DNA from: a virus
Lineage: Duplodnaviria > Caudoviricetes
IMG/VR virus record: IMGVR_UViG_3300048833_000177
Coordinates: 1 to 58,593 of that record
Length of the DNA: 58,593 nt
Direction: 5' to 3' (one strand)
This document shows positions 1-8,799 of this stretch, piece by piece. Every line of letters begins with the position of its first letter. Position 1 is the first letter of the stretch. Made by a program: the position numbers and the translations under genes. The notes beneath the pieces were generated by a model, which was not told the origin of the DNA, searched no databases, and saw only the letters and a list, made by a program, of their open reading frames with translations.

Positions 1-824
1 CGGGAATGCTCGGCGAGGATGCGCTGCGCGATCTGGTCCGATGGCATCTCCAGGGAGAAGAAGCCGACGACGCCCGGCTTTTCGCCTTCCGCCTGCCGCT
101 CCATCAGCCCGCGCGCCACGGCATAGGAAATGTTGATCGCCAGCGCCGATTTGCCTGAGCCGGTCGCGCCGGCGAGGATGACGAGGTCGGAGCGGTGCAG
201 TCCGCCCAGCGCGTCGTCGAGGCGCTGTAGCCCGGTCGACAGGCCCGCCAGCACCCCGCCGCGGGAATAGGCCCGGGCCGCGATGTCCACAGCCCGGGAC
301 GCCGCGGCGTTGAAGCTTTCAAACCCGCTTTGCGATGACAGCGGCGGTCGGAGATCGTTGATCACCGTCTCGACGCGCTCGAGCCGCTTGGTCGCTGGCA
401 TCGGCCGCCCGGCCAGGATGTCGGCCATCTCCTCTTCGAAGACGAGATAGATCGACCGCGTGATGGCGTCGTTCTTCACGATTTTGGCGTACTCGATCGC
501 GTCCGCGACCTTCTTCGGCGCGGCATTCCACAGCCGCATTAGGTAGTCGAAGCCGGCCATGTCACCGACCTTCATCTCCGCCGCATAGGGCTTCATCGAG
601 ATCGGCGTGGCGACCTGCCCTCCTTCGATCAGGCTGCGGATCATGTCGAAGATGCTGCCGTGAATCGGCTCGTAGAAGTCCGCCGGCGAGAGCGTCTGCC
701 CGATCTTCGACAGCCAGTCGTTCTCGTTGAGCAGAGCGCCGATGACCATCTGCTCGGCGTCGACATTGTGCGGCAGCTTGCGCTGGTCGAGCGGCGTGCC
801 GTCCATCTTCATCACCGCGCCCAT
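1..824 (-). CDS. dnaB: Replicative DNA helicase DnaB-like, N-terminal part (runs off the left edge; missing from the ORF track)
   Basis: Manual translation from ATG at 824 (TGATG overlap with the upstream gene): LPHNVDAEQMVIGALL...DFYEPIH...GLSTGLQRLDDALGGLHRSDLVILAGATGSGKS (Walker A)...GFFSLEM. Confidence 0.95.
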   Translation of the reverse strand, partial: MGAVMKMDGTPLDQRKLPHNVDAEQMVIGALLNENDWLSKIGQTLSPADFYEPIHGSIFDMIRSLIEGGQVATPISMKPYAAEMKVGDMAGFDYLMRLWNAAPKKVADAIEYAKIVKNDAITRSIYLVFEEEMADILAGRPMPATKRLERVETVINDLRPPLSSQSGFESFNAAASRAVDIAARAYSRGGVLAGLSTGLQRLDDALGGLHRSDLVILAGATGSGKSALAINISYAVARGLMERQAEGEKPGVVGFFSLEMPSDQIAQRILAEHS

Positions 825-1813
825 CAGGCTGCCTCACCGGCTGTTGCGGCGCCGATGCGCTGGCGCGCAAGCTCGGCATATTCCGGGTTGAGTTCGATGA
901 GGGTGCTGTCGAGGCCAAGCGCCTCAGCAACGACGGCCACGGTCCCTGAGCCGCCGAACGGGTCGAGCACTCGGCCTGGCACGCGAGGGAAGGCAGAGCA
1001 CAGGCCTCCGCAATCCGTGGCGGCGCCACATGCCCCGCACGTCGTCTTCGGCACTCCGGCTCGGATGCAACGCTCGGCCAGCGCGCGTGGGAACGTCGCG
1101 AAGTGCGCGCCGCGGTAGCCTTCAATATTGAAAGTCCAGACGTTCCGCGGGTTCCGCATCTCCGGCACATAGGTTTCAACCCATGTGCCGGGCCGGTTTT
1201 GCCCCTTCGTGGAGCCTTTGGCCGGCTTGTATTGCCCATCCTTGCGCCGGGCGTGCGCGCCGCCCGTGACTGGTTCCTTGATCGCCTCGACGTCGAAGAA
1301 GTAATCATCCGACTTGGTCAACAGCCAAATCTTCTCATGCACGGCGGCCGGCCGGTCGAAGACGCTCTCTGGCTTCGGGTTGGTCTTGTTCCAGACGATC
1401 TCCGATCGCACCCACCAGCCATCTTCCTGCAGAGCGATTGCCAGCCGGTTCGGCAGCATGCAGAGGTCTTTCGGCTTGAAGACGCCGCCGATGGTCGAAA
1501 ATGGCTTGTCGCGGAATGTGCGGTCATCGTTGATGACATCCTCGGCAGCCCGGCCATTCGGCGTCGTGGCATAACAGTCTCCGTAATTGACCCATGCCGT
1601 GCCCTGGGGCTTCAGCACGCGACGGACATCGCGGAAGACGTCGACCATGACAGCCATGTGCTCGCCGACCGTCGATTCAAGGCCTATCTGTCCAGCGACG
1701 CCATAATCACGCAGGCCCCAATATGGCGGCGACGTAACGACACAATCGAAGTGCGCGTCGGGAATCTTCCGCAGTTGCTCGCGGACGTCGCCGACCAGGA
1801 TGGACACGGTCAT
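824..1813 (-). CDS. Orphan N4-cytosine/N6-adenine DNA methyltransferase (beta class)
   Basis: Catalytic VTSPPYW near the N-terminus, HFATFP, and SAM-binding VLDPFGGSGT at the C-terminus. Confidence 0.93.
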   Translation of the reverse strand: MTVSILVGDVREQLRKIPDAHFDCVVTSPPYWGLRDYGVAGQIGLESTVGEHMAVMVDVFRDVRRVLKPQGTAWVNYGDCYATTPNGRAAEDVINDDRTFRDKPFSTIGGVFKPKDLCMLPNRLAIALQEDGWWVRSEIVWNKTNPKPESVFDRPAAVHEKIWLLTKSDDYFFDVEAIKEPVTGGAHARRKDGQYKPAKGSTKGQNRPGTWVETYVPEMRNPRNVWTFNIEGYRGAHFATFPRALAERCIRAGVPKTTCGACGAATDCGGLCSAFPRVPGRVLDPFGGSGTVAVVAEALGLDSTLIELNPEYAELARQRIGAATAGEAA

Positions 1814-2778
1814 GCCGAAAACACTTCCATCTGCTCATCCGCCAGATCGGCGATGCGTGGGCATGGCTCTGCGTCATCAGCGCGGAGGCCGAAGGGGTAG
1901 GCGAAGCGCCTGGCGAACTGGACGATCTCGAGCGCGCGGAGAGCGGAGAGCAGCGCTGGCGCGTCGATGGGGCTGAGCGCGAGGTCGTCGAGGTCGAGCG
2001 GTACCGGCACGCGATCGTCGAGGCTGGCGAGCCGGAAGGATTGGCGAGCGAGCGCGGCGCCCGCCTTCACTTTAGCGCGCAGCGCGGGCTTGCTGATCTC
2101 GTCGGCGCGGGCGATCAGCGTCTCGAGATCGCCGAACCGGCCGATCAGTTCCGCAGCGCCCTTCTCCCCGATCCCGGGGATACCGCTGATGCCGTCGATC
2201 GAGTCGCCGGACAGCGCCTGGGCATGCGGCACCTGCCATGGGTAGACGCCGAACTTCGCGACGACATCGTCTTCACCGAGCATCTTGCCGAACGTGCGGC
2301 CGTCGTCCTGCTTGGCCATCGGGTTGTAGATCGCGACGCCGGCCCGGATCAGCGCCATCATGTCCTTGTCGACGCTGATGATGCAGGTCGCCATGCCGGC
2401 CTCTTCGGCGAGGCGCGCATAGGTGGCGATCAGGTCGTCGGCCTCATAGCCCCGCAACTGGACCGCGTGCAGGCCGAGCCGCGGCACGATCTCGCGGCAG
2501 AGGCGCAACTGCGGCGGCAAGGCCGGATCATGCGTGCGGCCGCTCTTGTATGTCGGCAGGATTCGGTGCCGCCAGTTCGGGCCCGGCGCGTCGAAGATCA
2601 CCGCCGCATGCGTCGCCATCTGGGGCTTTCCGAAGTTGCCGAGGCAGGACCAAACCAGATCAAGGAACTTGCCAACCGCGCCGACCGGCAGGCCGTCGCT
2701 GCGGATCTGCTGGTTGTCCTTCGTCGAGTGATGGGCCCTGTGGACCAGCCCGTTCCCGTCTATCAGTAGGAGGGACAC
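1810..2778 (-). CDS. Stand-alone 5'-3' exonuclease/flap endonuclease (PolA N-terminal type)
   Basis: LLLIDGNGLVHRA, WRHRILPTYKSGR, GYEADDLIAT, SVDKD, and the H3TH motif ALSGDSIDGISGIPGIGEKGA. Confidence 0.93.
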   Translation of the reverse strand: MSLLLIDGNGLVHRAHHSTKDNQQIRSDGLPVGAVGKFLDLVWSCLGNFGKPQMATHAAVIFDAPGPNWRHRILPTYKSGRTHDPALPPQLRLCREIVPRLGLHAVQLRGYEADDLIATYARLAEEAGMATCIISVDKDMMALIRAGVAIYNPMAKQDDGRTFGKMLGEDDVVAKFGVYPWQVPHAQALSGDSIDGISGIPGIGEKGAAELIGRFGDLETLIARADEISKPALRAKVKAGAALARQSFRLASLDDRVPVPLDLDDLALSPIDAPALLSALRALEIVQFARRFAYPFGLRADDAEPCPRIADLADEQMEVFSA

Positions 2779-2985
2779 CTAGCGCTCCTCTTCCCAATAG
2801 GCCGCCAGCAGGTTCGCGACCGACGACTCTGGGATGACGCGGCCCATGCGGAACGTCGCGACCTTGGCGATGTCGGCGGTGTCGACCTTGGCGGCCCATG
2901 CGGTGACCGCGATCTCGAGCAGCGCCATCGTCTCGTCGTCGGAGAGGCGCAACGGCTCGTCGTTGGCGTGAGGCATCAGGATCAC
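2779..2985 (-). CDS. Hypothetical protein
   Basis: Tightly coupled ORF in the operon. Confidence 0.6.
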   Translation of the reverse strand: MILMPHANDEPLRLSDDETMALLEIAVTAWAAKVDTADIAKVATFRMGRVIPESSVANLLAAYWEEER

Positions 2986-3815
2986 GCGGACGCCTCCGCG
3001 ATCTCGATCCGGCAGCCGACGCCCTTGACCTGGATGAAGGTGACGCCGCGCTGGGCGAGTTCGGCGGTCCAGCGCGGGATGCTCAGCACCAGCGCATCGA
3101 TGCTCATGCCGCCGAGATCAGCGAGCACCTTGTGGCCGAACATCTCGCCGTTTCGCATGCGCTCCATGACGAGGACGACCGGGCGGGTGGTCTGCCAGTC
3201 GCCACCAGGGCAAGCGACGATGAAGTTGACGACGTCGACAGCGACCACCTTGCCCGGCGCTGTGATGACGACGCCGGCGATGCGTCCCGGCCGCGGATCA
3301 TATGGCTTCGATTTGACGACTGGCTTCGTCCGCCCGGCAGGGATGAGGACGGGCCCCTCCCCTGCCGGACGTGACGAATTGCGAGGATCTGCGTTGCTAT
3401 GCTCCGCCGAAGCGGCCCCAGCCGAAGGCGCTGCTGGCACAGCAACCTCTTTTTGCGCTCGCTGATCCTCGCCTTGTTTGCCGACCACTTCGTCCTGTGC
3501 TGTCGGAAAGGCAGCGGGCTGGGGTGTTGGCATGTCCTCCGGCAGGACGCGGGGGCGATCGACCGCCGGAGGACCGGCCGGAGCAGCGCAGGGAGGAGGT
3601 GCGCTGTCCGACGGGGGGATGGGAGATGGCTGCGCCGCGGCGCGGGCGAGCCGGTAATCCTGGAGCGTTGCGATCTCGGCCGGCGCGATGCGCTCAGCGA
3701 GCTTCGCCATCTCGGCTTTGATCGCTTCGAGCCGATGCCAGCGACCGTTGAACGCGCGGCAGTAGATGTCCTCGACCGCATAGGCGGCTTCAAGAATCGC
3801 GTCCTCGCGCTTCAT
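2982..3815 (-). CDS. Hypothetical protein with Pro/Ala-rich linker and possible C-terminal winged-helix-like region
   Basis: Start MKREDAILE at an ATGA overlap; coupled to neighbours. Confidence 0.6.
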   Translation of the reverse strand: MKREDAILEAAYAVEDIYCRAFNGRWHRLEAIKAEMAKLAERIAPAEIATLQDYRLARAAAQPSPIPPSDSAPPPCAAPAGPPAVDRPRVLPEDMPTPQPAAFPTAQDEVVGKQGEDQRAQKEVAVPAAPSAGAASAEHSNADPRNSSRPAGEGPVLIPAGRTKPVVKSKPYDPRPGRIAGVVITAPGKVVAVDVVNFIVACPGGDWQTTRPVVLVMERMRNGEMFGHKVLADLGGMSIDALVLSIPRWTAELAQRGVTFIQVKGVGCRIEIAEASA

Positions 3816-4042
3816 GGCGAAGGCCTCCTGAACTCGGCTGGCGCGTGCTTCGGGCAATACCAATCGCCCTCGATGCCCTTGAGCAGGCTCACGCCCTCGC
3901 CGAAGCAGGCCGGGCGGCCGCACTCGCAGCGCTCTGGAATGGTTGGGCCGGGCGCTGTGCGGCGATCGCCAACTGGCGCGGGCCGCTCGGCAGGCTTCGG
4001 CGCCTGCGGCTGGTAGAAGTCGAAGTCCGCGCCCCTAACCAT
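3812..4042 (-). CDS. Small Cys-containing hypothetical protein
   Basis: CECGRPACFG...WYCPKH; overlaps neighbours. Confidence 0.6.
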   Translation of the reverse strand: MVRGADFDFYQPQAPKPAERPAPVGDRRTAPGPTIPERCECGRPACFGEGVSLLKGIEGDWYCPKHAPAEFRRPSP

Positions 4043-4619
4043 GGCGGAACGCGCCCTGGTCATGCAGGCTCAGTTCGCGCGGGATGGCGCGGCCATGGAC
4101 GCATTCGGCCCACGACCACACGCCGGCCGCATCCGCCATATTGTCGTCTTTGCAGCCCTTCGGCAGGTATCCAAGGGCAATGCCACGGCTGATCGTCTGG
4201 GCCTTCGTCGCCTCGCGGCTGCCGAAGTTGGCGCGGCCGAGATAGTGCTTGCGCCATGTCGCCGGATAGACCTGGACGACAGTGATGCCGTAGCAGGCAG
4301 CGATCCCGCGGACCGCGCCCATAATCAGCGGCGGCGTCAGCATGGACGCAGCGCTGCGCTGAACCTGCCGCTCGCCCTCACGCTCGTCGTTACTGTTGAA
4401 GTTGGGCATCAAGGCCTCGATCGCGATCAGATCGGGCCTCGTGCTCTCGATGAAACAGATATCCCTGACGAAGCGCGCAGCCCCGTCGGCCACCAGCCAT
4501 GTATCCTCGCTCGGTTTCTTCAGCCGATGCTTGTCGACCTTCGGAATGGTGTCCGGCGCGCCCAGCGCGAAGCCGGACACCGTGGCACCGTCAATGGCGA
4601 GGATCATGCTGGCGGCCAT
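4035..4619 (-). CDS. RuvC-like Holliday junction resolvase
   Basis: RNase H-fold acidic residues: ILAIDGA...G, IAIE, WRKHYLG, DDNMADAAGV. Confidence 0.75.
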   Translation of the reverse strand: MAASMILAIDGATVSGFALGAPDTIPKVDKHRLKKPSEDTWLVADGAARFVRDICFIESTRPDLIAIEALMPNFNSNDEREGERQVQRSAASMLTPPLIMGAVRGIAACYGITVVQVYPATWRKHYLGRANFGSREATKAQTISRGIALGYLPKGCKDDNMADAAGVWSWAECVHGRAIPRELSLHDQGAFRHG

Positions 4620-4631
4620 CGGGCGCGGGCC

Positions 4632-5384
4632 TCAGTGGATCGCAGCCGGACCAAGGCCCTTGGTGCCCTGGTCCTCGATGTATTTGTCGGCGGTCTCGCG
4701 CGCCTTTTCCTTGGCAGCCGCCGCGCGCTTCTGAGCAGGCGTCAACTGCTTGTCGGCCGGGGTCTCGAACGCAGCCGCATCTGCCGCCTTCTGTGCCTCG
4801 ATCTTCGCGCGCTTCTCCTCCGGGCTCTCCAGCGGCTTGATGCCGGCCGCCAGGCCCTCGACCCCGACGTTCGGCGTGGTCACCGGCGGCGGTGCGGGCG
4901 GGCCACGGCGCTTGCTGGCGCGACCCGGATCGTCGCCGCGCTCGGCCGCGACCTTGTCGCCCGAGGACGTCTTGTCGAAGACCGAGCCTTCCTCCGGCTC
5001 CGCGCCGCCGGCAGCCACCGTGTCGTTGAACAGATCGAGCTGATCGTCGAGGCCGAGTTGCTTCACCAGGAACATGAACTGGCGGATGACGCGCTGGCGC
5101 CGGCCGTCCGGCAGGCCGCGGACGTCGTTCAGCATCTTCAGCGTCTTCGGCTCGACGCGGTAGAGCTTGGCCTGGCGCTTCTCGTGCTCCTTGATCGCCG
5201 CTCGAGCGCTGGCCATCTCGGCGGCCGCCGTTTCCTTGTCGGCCAGCAGGGTGTCCGGCGTCTCGACGAACTCCTCGCGGAGCTTGTCGACCTCCTTCGG
5301 GAACTGCAGCAGCGCGTCGGCGGCGAGGTTCTGCGCTGCGGCGGCGTCGTCCTTCGGCTTCGTCTTCTTCGATGGTCGGGCCAT
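4632..5384 (-). CDS. Putative GapR/DUF2312-like DNA-binding protein with low-complexity tail
   Basis: Helical core ending AK..VEPKTLKMLNDVRG...KQLGLDDQLDLF resembles GapR-type proteins (weak). Confidence 0.4.
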   Translation of the reverse strand: MARPSKKTKPKDDAAAAQNLAADALLQFPKEVDKLREEFVETPDTLLADKETAAAEMASARAAIKEHEKRQAKLYRVEPKTLKMLNDVRGLPDGRRQRVIRQFMFLVKQLGLDDQLDLFNDTVAAGGAEPEEGSVFDKTSSGDKVAAERGDDPGRASKRRGPPAPPPVTTPNVGVEGLAAGIKPLESPEEKRAKIEAQKAADAAAFETPADKQLTPAQKRAAAAKEKARETADKYIEDQGTKGLGPAAIH

Positions 5385-5398
5385 GATGGCGCTCCGGG

Positions 5399-5875
5399 TT
5401 AGTGGGACAGGCGTTCGACAAGATCCGAGCGTTCGGGGATCAGCCCGCGCCGGATCATCGACTGGTGGATGGCGCGGATGCGCTCGGCGCCGGCGCTCAC
5501 GGTCACCCGCGGGATCGGCGCAAGCCTGATCTGCGGGCGCTGGTCTTCATCGGGCTGGGCGAGCAGCGTGATCTGCGGCAGCGAAACCGGCCGGGCTTCG
5601 GGCTGGACGGCCGCGTACTGCGCGGCGCCGATCTGCTGCTTGAGCCTCGGCTCGATGCGCGGGCGATAAGCGGGCGCCTTGCGCTCACCGCTTTCGCGCT
5701 CGCGCTTGCGAGCGAGCCGGGAACGCTCTCGCTTCTTCTCGCGCTCGCCGTTCAGGTCGAGCGCATAGCGGATTCGATCAACGCTGCAGCCGAAACTGCG
5801 CGCGACTTCCGCCAGCGACACACCCGCATCAAGGCGACGGCGCGCCTCGGCGATCCAGTCAGATTTCTCGGTCAT
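5399..5875 (-). CDS. HTH-domain protein
   Basis: GVSLAEVARSFGCSVDRIRYAL helix-turn-helix. Confidence 0.7.
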   Translation of the reverse strand: MTEKSDWIAEARRRLDAGVSLAEVARSFGCSVDRIRYALDLNGEREKKRERSRLARKRERESGERKAPAYRPRIEPRLKQQIGAAQYAAVQPEARPVSLPQITLLAQPDEDQRPQIRLAPIPRVTVSAGAERIRAIHQSMIRRGLIPERSDLVERLSH

Positions 5876-6036
5876 GGGCGGCCACCACGTTCACCGTGAG
5901 ACAGGAGGCGCGTGGCGCGGTCCGACAGCCATGTTGCGGCGCGGATCACCGGCGCAGCTGGCGCCATCCAGATCGAAGCCAGCGTGGCGAGAACGCTCGA
6001 CAGGGCCAGCATCAGGATTGAGACGAGACCTCGCAT
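5872..6036 (-). CDS. Small hydrophobic protein (54 aa, not in the ORF track)
   Basis: MRGLVSILMLALSSVLATLASIWM...; stop overlaps the next ATG (ATGA). Confidence 0.5.
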   Translation of the reverse strand: MRGLVSILMLALSSVLATLASIWMAPAAPVIRAATWLSDRATRLLSHGERGGRP

Positions 6037-6054
6037 GCAGCGGGCCCTTCTTGT

Positions 6055-6399
6055 TCAGGATTTGAGGGATGCGATTTCAGCGGCAATGCGAGCCTGCTCC
6101 GCCTCGAGCGCGGCCAGGCGCTCGCGGTGATGGGCTTCGTCCAGCCATTTCGGGCAATTCGGATAGACCGCGACCAGAAAGGCCGGGCCGTAGGCCAGGA
6201 TCAGGCGCGAGAACCCCGCCCAGGACGGCTTCGCGACGCCTTCAAGCCAGCGCCGCACAGTCTGCGACGACAGGCCGGTATCGGCGGCGACGCAATCCGC
6301 CGTCTTCGTCGGGTAGAGACGACGCACGAAGGCCACCGCCCGGTCGGGGCAGGCCTCGCCATCGTTCCGCCCAATCTTGAAAACGCTACGCTCAGACAT
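6055..6399 (-). CDS. HTH regulator at the CII position (start uncertain)
   Basis: TADCVAADTGLSSQTVRRWLEG HTH; lies downstream of cro. Confidence 0.65.
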   Translation of the reverse strand: MSERSVFKIGRNDGEACPDRAVAFVRRLYPTKTADCVAADTGLSSQTVRRWLEGVAKPSWAGFSRLILAYGPAFLVAVYPNCPKWLDEAHHRERLAALEAEQARIAAEIASLKS

Positions 6400-6550
6400 G
6401 GCAGGCTCCGTCTGCGACATTGCAGGGGTCGGAGCGGCCTTGGACGAGGCGGGCGAGACAGAGACATTCCGGGAGGAACGGGCGGCAACCCGAGACCCCA
6501 CAGAACGAGACGGAGATGGGCATGAAGACGAAAGCGCGAGACCCACCATG

Positions 6551-6637
6551 TCAGTGGACTCCGATGATGGCGGCGATGGTCATGGCGGCGGTAACCACCA
6601 AGATGATCACCACCATGATGCGCTGGACGAGGCCCAT
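6551..6637 (-). CDS. 28-aa single-pass membrane peptide
   Basis: MGLVQRIMVVIILVVTAAMTIAAIIGVH; TAATG overlap with the cro stop. Confidence 0.4.
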   Translation of the reverse strand: MGLVQRIMVVIILVVTAAMTIAAIIGVH

Positions 6638-6903
6638 TAGGAGGCGTCCGCCAGCGTCGGCGACTTGCCCATGATCTCTTTGGGCGAGGCCGGGTTGCTC
6701 AGCAGGAACTGCTCGAGCTTTCGCATCTTGTCGGTGGTGACGCTCTCGCCATCCAGAACGCGCTTGATGAACAAGCTGTCCTTCAGCGCCACGCGGCCGA
6801 GCGTCGAAGGACCGCACCCATGCTTGTCGCAGTAGGCTCGGCACATCTCTTGGACCTCTTGATAGAGGCGATCGACGGGCGTGGTTTCGGCTGCTTTCGT
6901 CAT
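6637..6903 (-). CDS. Cro-like repressor
   Basis: Small HTH (CGPSTLGRVALKDSLFIKRVLDG) divergent from CI. Confidence 0.8.
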   Translation of the reverse strand: MTKAAETTPVDRLYQEVQEMCRAYCDKHGCGPSTLGRVALKDSLFIKRVLDGESVTTDKMRKLEQFLLSNPASPKEIMGKSPTLADAS

Positions 6904-6915
6904 GCCGTGAGTAAT

Positions 6916-6933
6916 TGCATAATTCCTTATGCA
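6916..6933. promoter_or_regulatory. Operator palindrome (OR) TGCATAA-TTCC-TTATGCA
   Basis: Perfect 7-4-7 inverted repeat between cro and cI; matches the site at 9316. Confidence 0.8.
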
Positions 6934-6946
6934 GACACAAGCCCCC

Positions 6947-6967
6947 TTGACGAAAAATTCTTTCGTC
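6947..6967 (+). promoter_or_regulatory. Candidate -35 (TTGACG) of the cI promoter overlapping the palindrome GACGAAA-N5-TTTCGTC
   Basis: Sequence motif upstream of cI. Confidence 0.5.
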
Positions 6968-7005
6968 TCGGATTCCGCCTAGAGCCTGTGCGATAGTGCG
7001 CTGCA

Positions 7006-7725
7006 ATGAGTACGAGCGAACCCACGGTTCTTCAGAAGAACCTCAAGGCCCTCATGGACGCCCAGGGATTTTCTGGGCGAGGGCTTGGCGCCGCCGCTGG
7101 CACCAGCGAGATGGCCGTGGGTAAGATTCTCACTGGAGAATCAAGGAACCCGCGCTCTGACACGCTGATGAAGCTGGCCCGGGCGCTCGGCGTGTCCGTG
7201 GCCGAGTTGACGGGCGAAAGGGATATCCCGATCGCTGCTTTTGATCGTCAGCAGAAACCGACAGTTGCAAATGATTCTATTCAGCGCTTGCATGTCCGTT
7301 GGGAAGCGGCAGCGGGGGCATGGCTAGAAGTGGACACGCATAGGGACGCCGACGAGTTTGCGGACGCTCCAATCACCAGTGGCGGGACCGCTTTCAAATT
7401 CTTGGCCCGAGTAAAGGGCAATTCGATGGACCTCGAGGGCATGCCGGACGGCAGTCTTGCTGTCTGCCTCGAGTGGGAAGAGGTCGGGCGAGACCCCAAA
7501 GACGGCGATATTCTTCTGGTCCAGCAAACGAGAGACGGCGGCCTCATGGTCGAGACCTCGATCAAGATGGTGAAAGTCTTCCGCGACCGATACGAGCTGC
7601 ACCCTCGATCTTCGCAGCCTGGCTACAAGGTGATCACCATACCCAAGGACGCCGAGCCGAACGACGGCAGAGAGGTCAAGATTCTTGGTCTCGTTCTCGG
7701 TTCCTACAAGGAGTTCGTCAGATGA
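7006..7725 (+). CDS. CI-like repressor (XRE HTH + S24 autopeptidase)
   Basis: N-terminal HTH, Ala-Gly cleavage site (AAAG), catalytic VKGNSM and SIK. Confidence 0.93.
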   Translation: MSTSEPTVLQKNLKALMDAQGFSGRGLGAAAGTSEMAVGKILTGESRNPRSDTLMKLARALGVSVAELTGERDIPIAAFDRQQKPTVANDSIQRLHVRWEAAAGAWLEVDTHRDADEFADAPITSGGTAFKFLARVKGNSMDLEGMPDGSLAVCLEWEEVGRDPKDGDILLVQQTRDGGLMVETSIKMVKVFRDRYELHPRSSQPGYKVITIPKDAEPNDGREVKILGLVLGSYKEFVR

Positions 7726-8114
7726 AGGCCAGCATCGCCGCCGCCATCGCGCTGATCTCGATCGCCAGCGCAGCTTGCACGTCGACCGAGCAGCCGCGCC
7801 AGGCTGCGGTGACCGCGACGCCTTCTCCGCTCTCCGCGAAAGACACCGCTGCGATCAAGGCCGGTGTGACGAAGGTGCTGCGCGATCCCGCCAGCGCTCA
7901 GTTCGGCGAGTTCGCGGCGGTCACCACCTCCGACGGAACCCGCAAGGCCTGCGGCTACGTCAACTCCAAGAACGGATTCGGCGGCTACTCCGGCATGAAC
8001 CTCTTCATCGGCTCATTCTCCGGATCGAACTTCACGCCGACCGACATCGGATCCGACGAGACAGACCTCCGCATCATGCGCGGGTTCTGCGCTCAGGCTG
8101 GCATCAGCATCTGA
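7722..8114 (+). CDS. Lipoprotein co-transcribed with cI
   Basis: Signal peptide with lipobox-like ASAAC; LRDPASAQF...CGYVNSKNGFGGYSG. Confidence 0.75.
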   Translation: MKASIAAAIALISIASAACTSTEQPRQAAVTATPSPLSAKDTAAIKAGVTKVLRDPASAQFGEFAAVTTSDGTRKACGYVNSKNGFGGYSGMNLFIGSFSGSNFTPTDIGSDETDLRIMRGFCAQAGISI

Positions 8115-8798
8115 TCATGCCGCCTGAGGCCTGAAATCTGTTTCGAGCCGATTGCCCTTGCCTTCGTTGCAGTCGGCGCAGAGGATCTGCAGGTTGTTCT
8201 GGTCGAGACGCAGGTGCCAATTGAACCGTAGCGGCTTGATGTGGTCGACGTTCAGGACCGCTCCGGTCTCAGGCGACGCGCCGCAGCAGCCGCAGCGACG
8301 GCCGAGGCGGACTAGCGCGTCGATTCGAGCCCGTTTCCATTCGGGCGACTGGTAGAACGCCTGGCCCTCTTCGACGGTTTTGTCGGGCGCTCGGCGCGCA
8401 GTGACCGCCATCGGACGCCGAACCTTCAGCATGGCCACCAGCCAGCCAAGGATAGCATACTTGTCGCCCGCCATGCCGCCGGGCGGGCCGGAAATGCCTT
8501 CCGCGCGCATGATCTCTTGCATCTGGCCAATCAGATTGATGCCTTCGTCGCTGATGCTGTGCTTGCGCAAATGCGACCTGATGACTCGCATCTCGGCGAG
8601 GTGCTGTTGCTGGTCGCGTTTGGGCTTGCGCTTTGCCGATCGCTGGGGAACGGCTGCCGAGCGCAGCAGCTGACCGCTGGCGAGCGCTTTTTTCCAACCC
8701 TTCGGCGGAGGCCAAGCGACGCCCCAGGCCTCGATCTGCTCGCGCGTCCAGCCGCCGAGCGCAGTCTGCGCTGAATCAATCTCAGACATCGTAACCAT
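8115..8798 (-). CDS. HNH endonuclease with an N-terminal Trp/Pro-rich domain
   Basis: CGCCG...VDHIKP...NLQILCADCNEGK; N-terminal GGWTREQIEAWGVAWPPPKGWK. Confidence 0.88.
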   Translation of the reverse strand: MVTMSEIDSAQTALGGWTREQIEAWGVAWPPPKGWKKALASGQLLRSAAVPQRSAKRKPKRDQQQHLAEMRVIRSHLRKHSISDEGINLIGQMQEIMRAEGISGPPGGMAGDKYAILGWLVAMLKVRRPMAVTARRAPDKTVEEGQAFYQSPEWKRARIDALVRLGRRCGCCGASPETGAVLNVDHIKPLRFNWHLRLDQNNLQILCADCNEGKGNRLETDFRPQAA

Positions 8799-8799
8799 C

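Noticed and set aside
1-824. DnaB pseudogene or host gene marking a prophage boundary
   Set aside because: The frame is open to the window edge and is translationally coupled to the phage methyltransferase.
824-1813. Restriction-modification system
   Set aside because: No cognate restriction endonuclease adjacent; orphan methyltransferases are common in phage replication operons.
8115-8798. IscB/Cas9-like or TnpB nuclease
   Set aside because: Only 227 aa, with no RuvC motifs, PLMP start or transposon ends.
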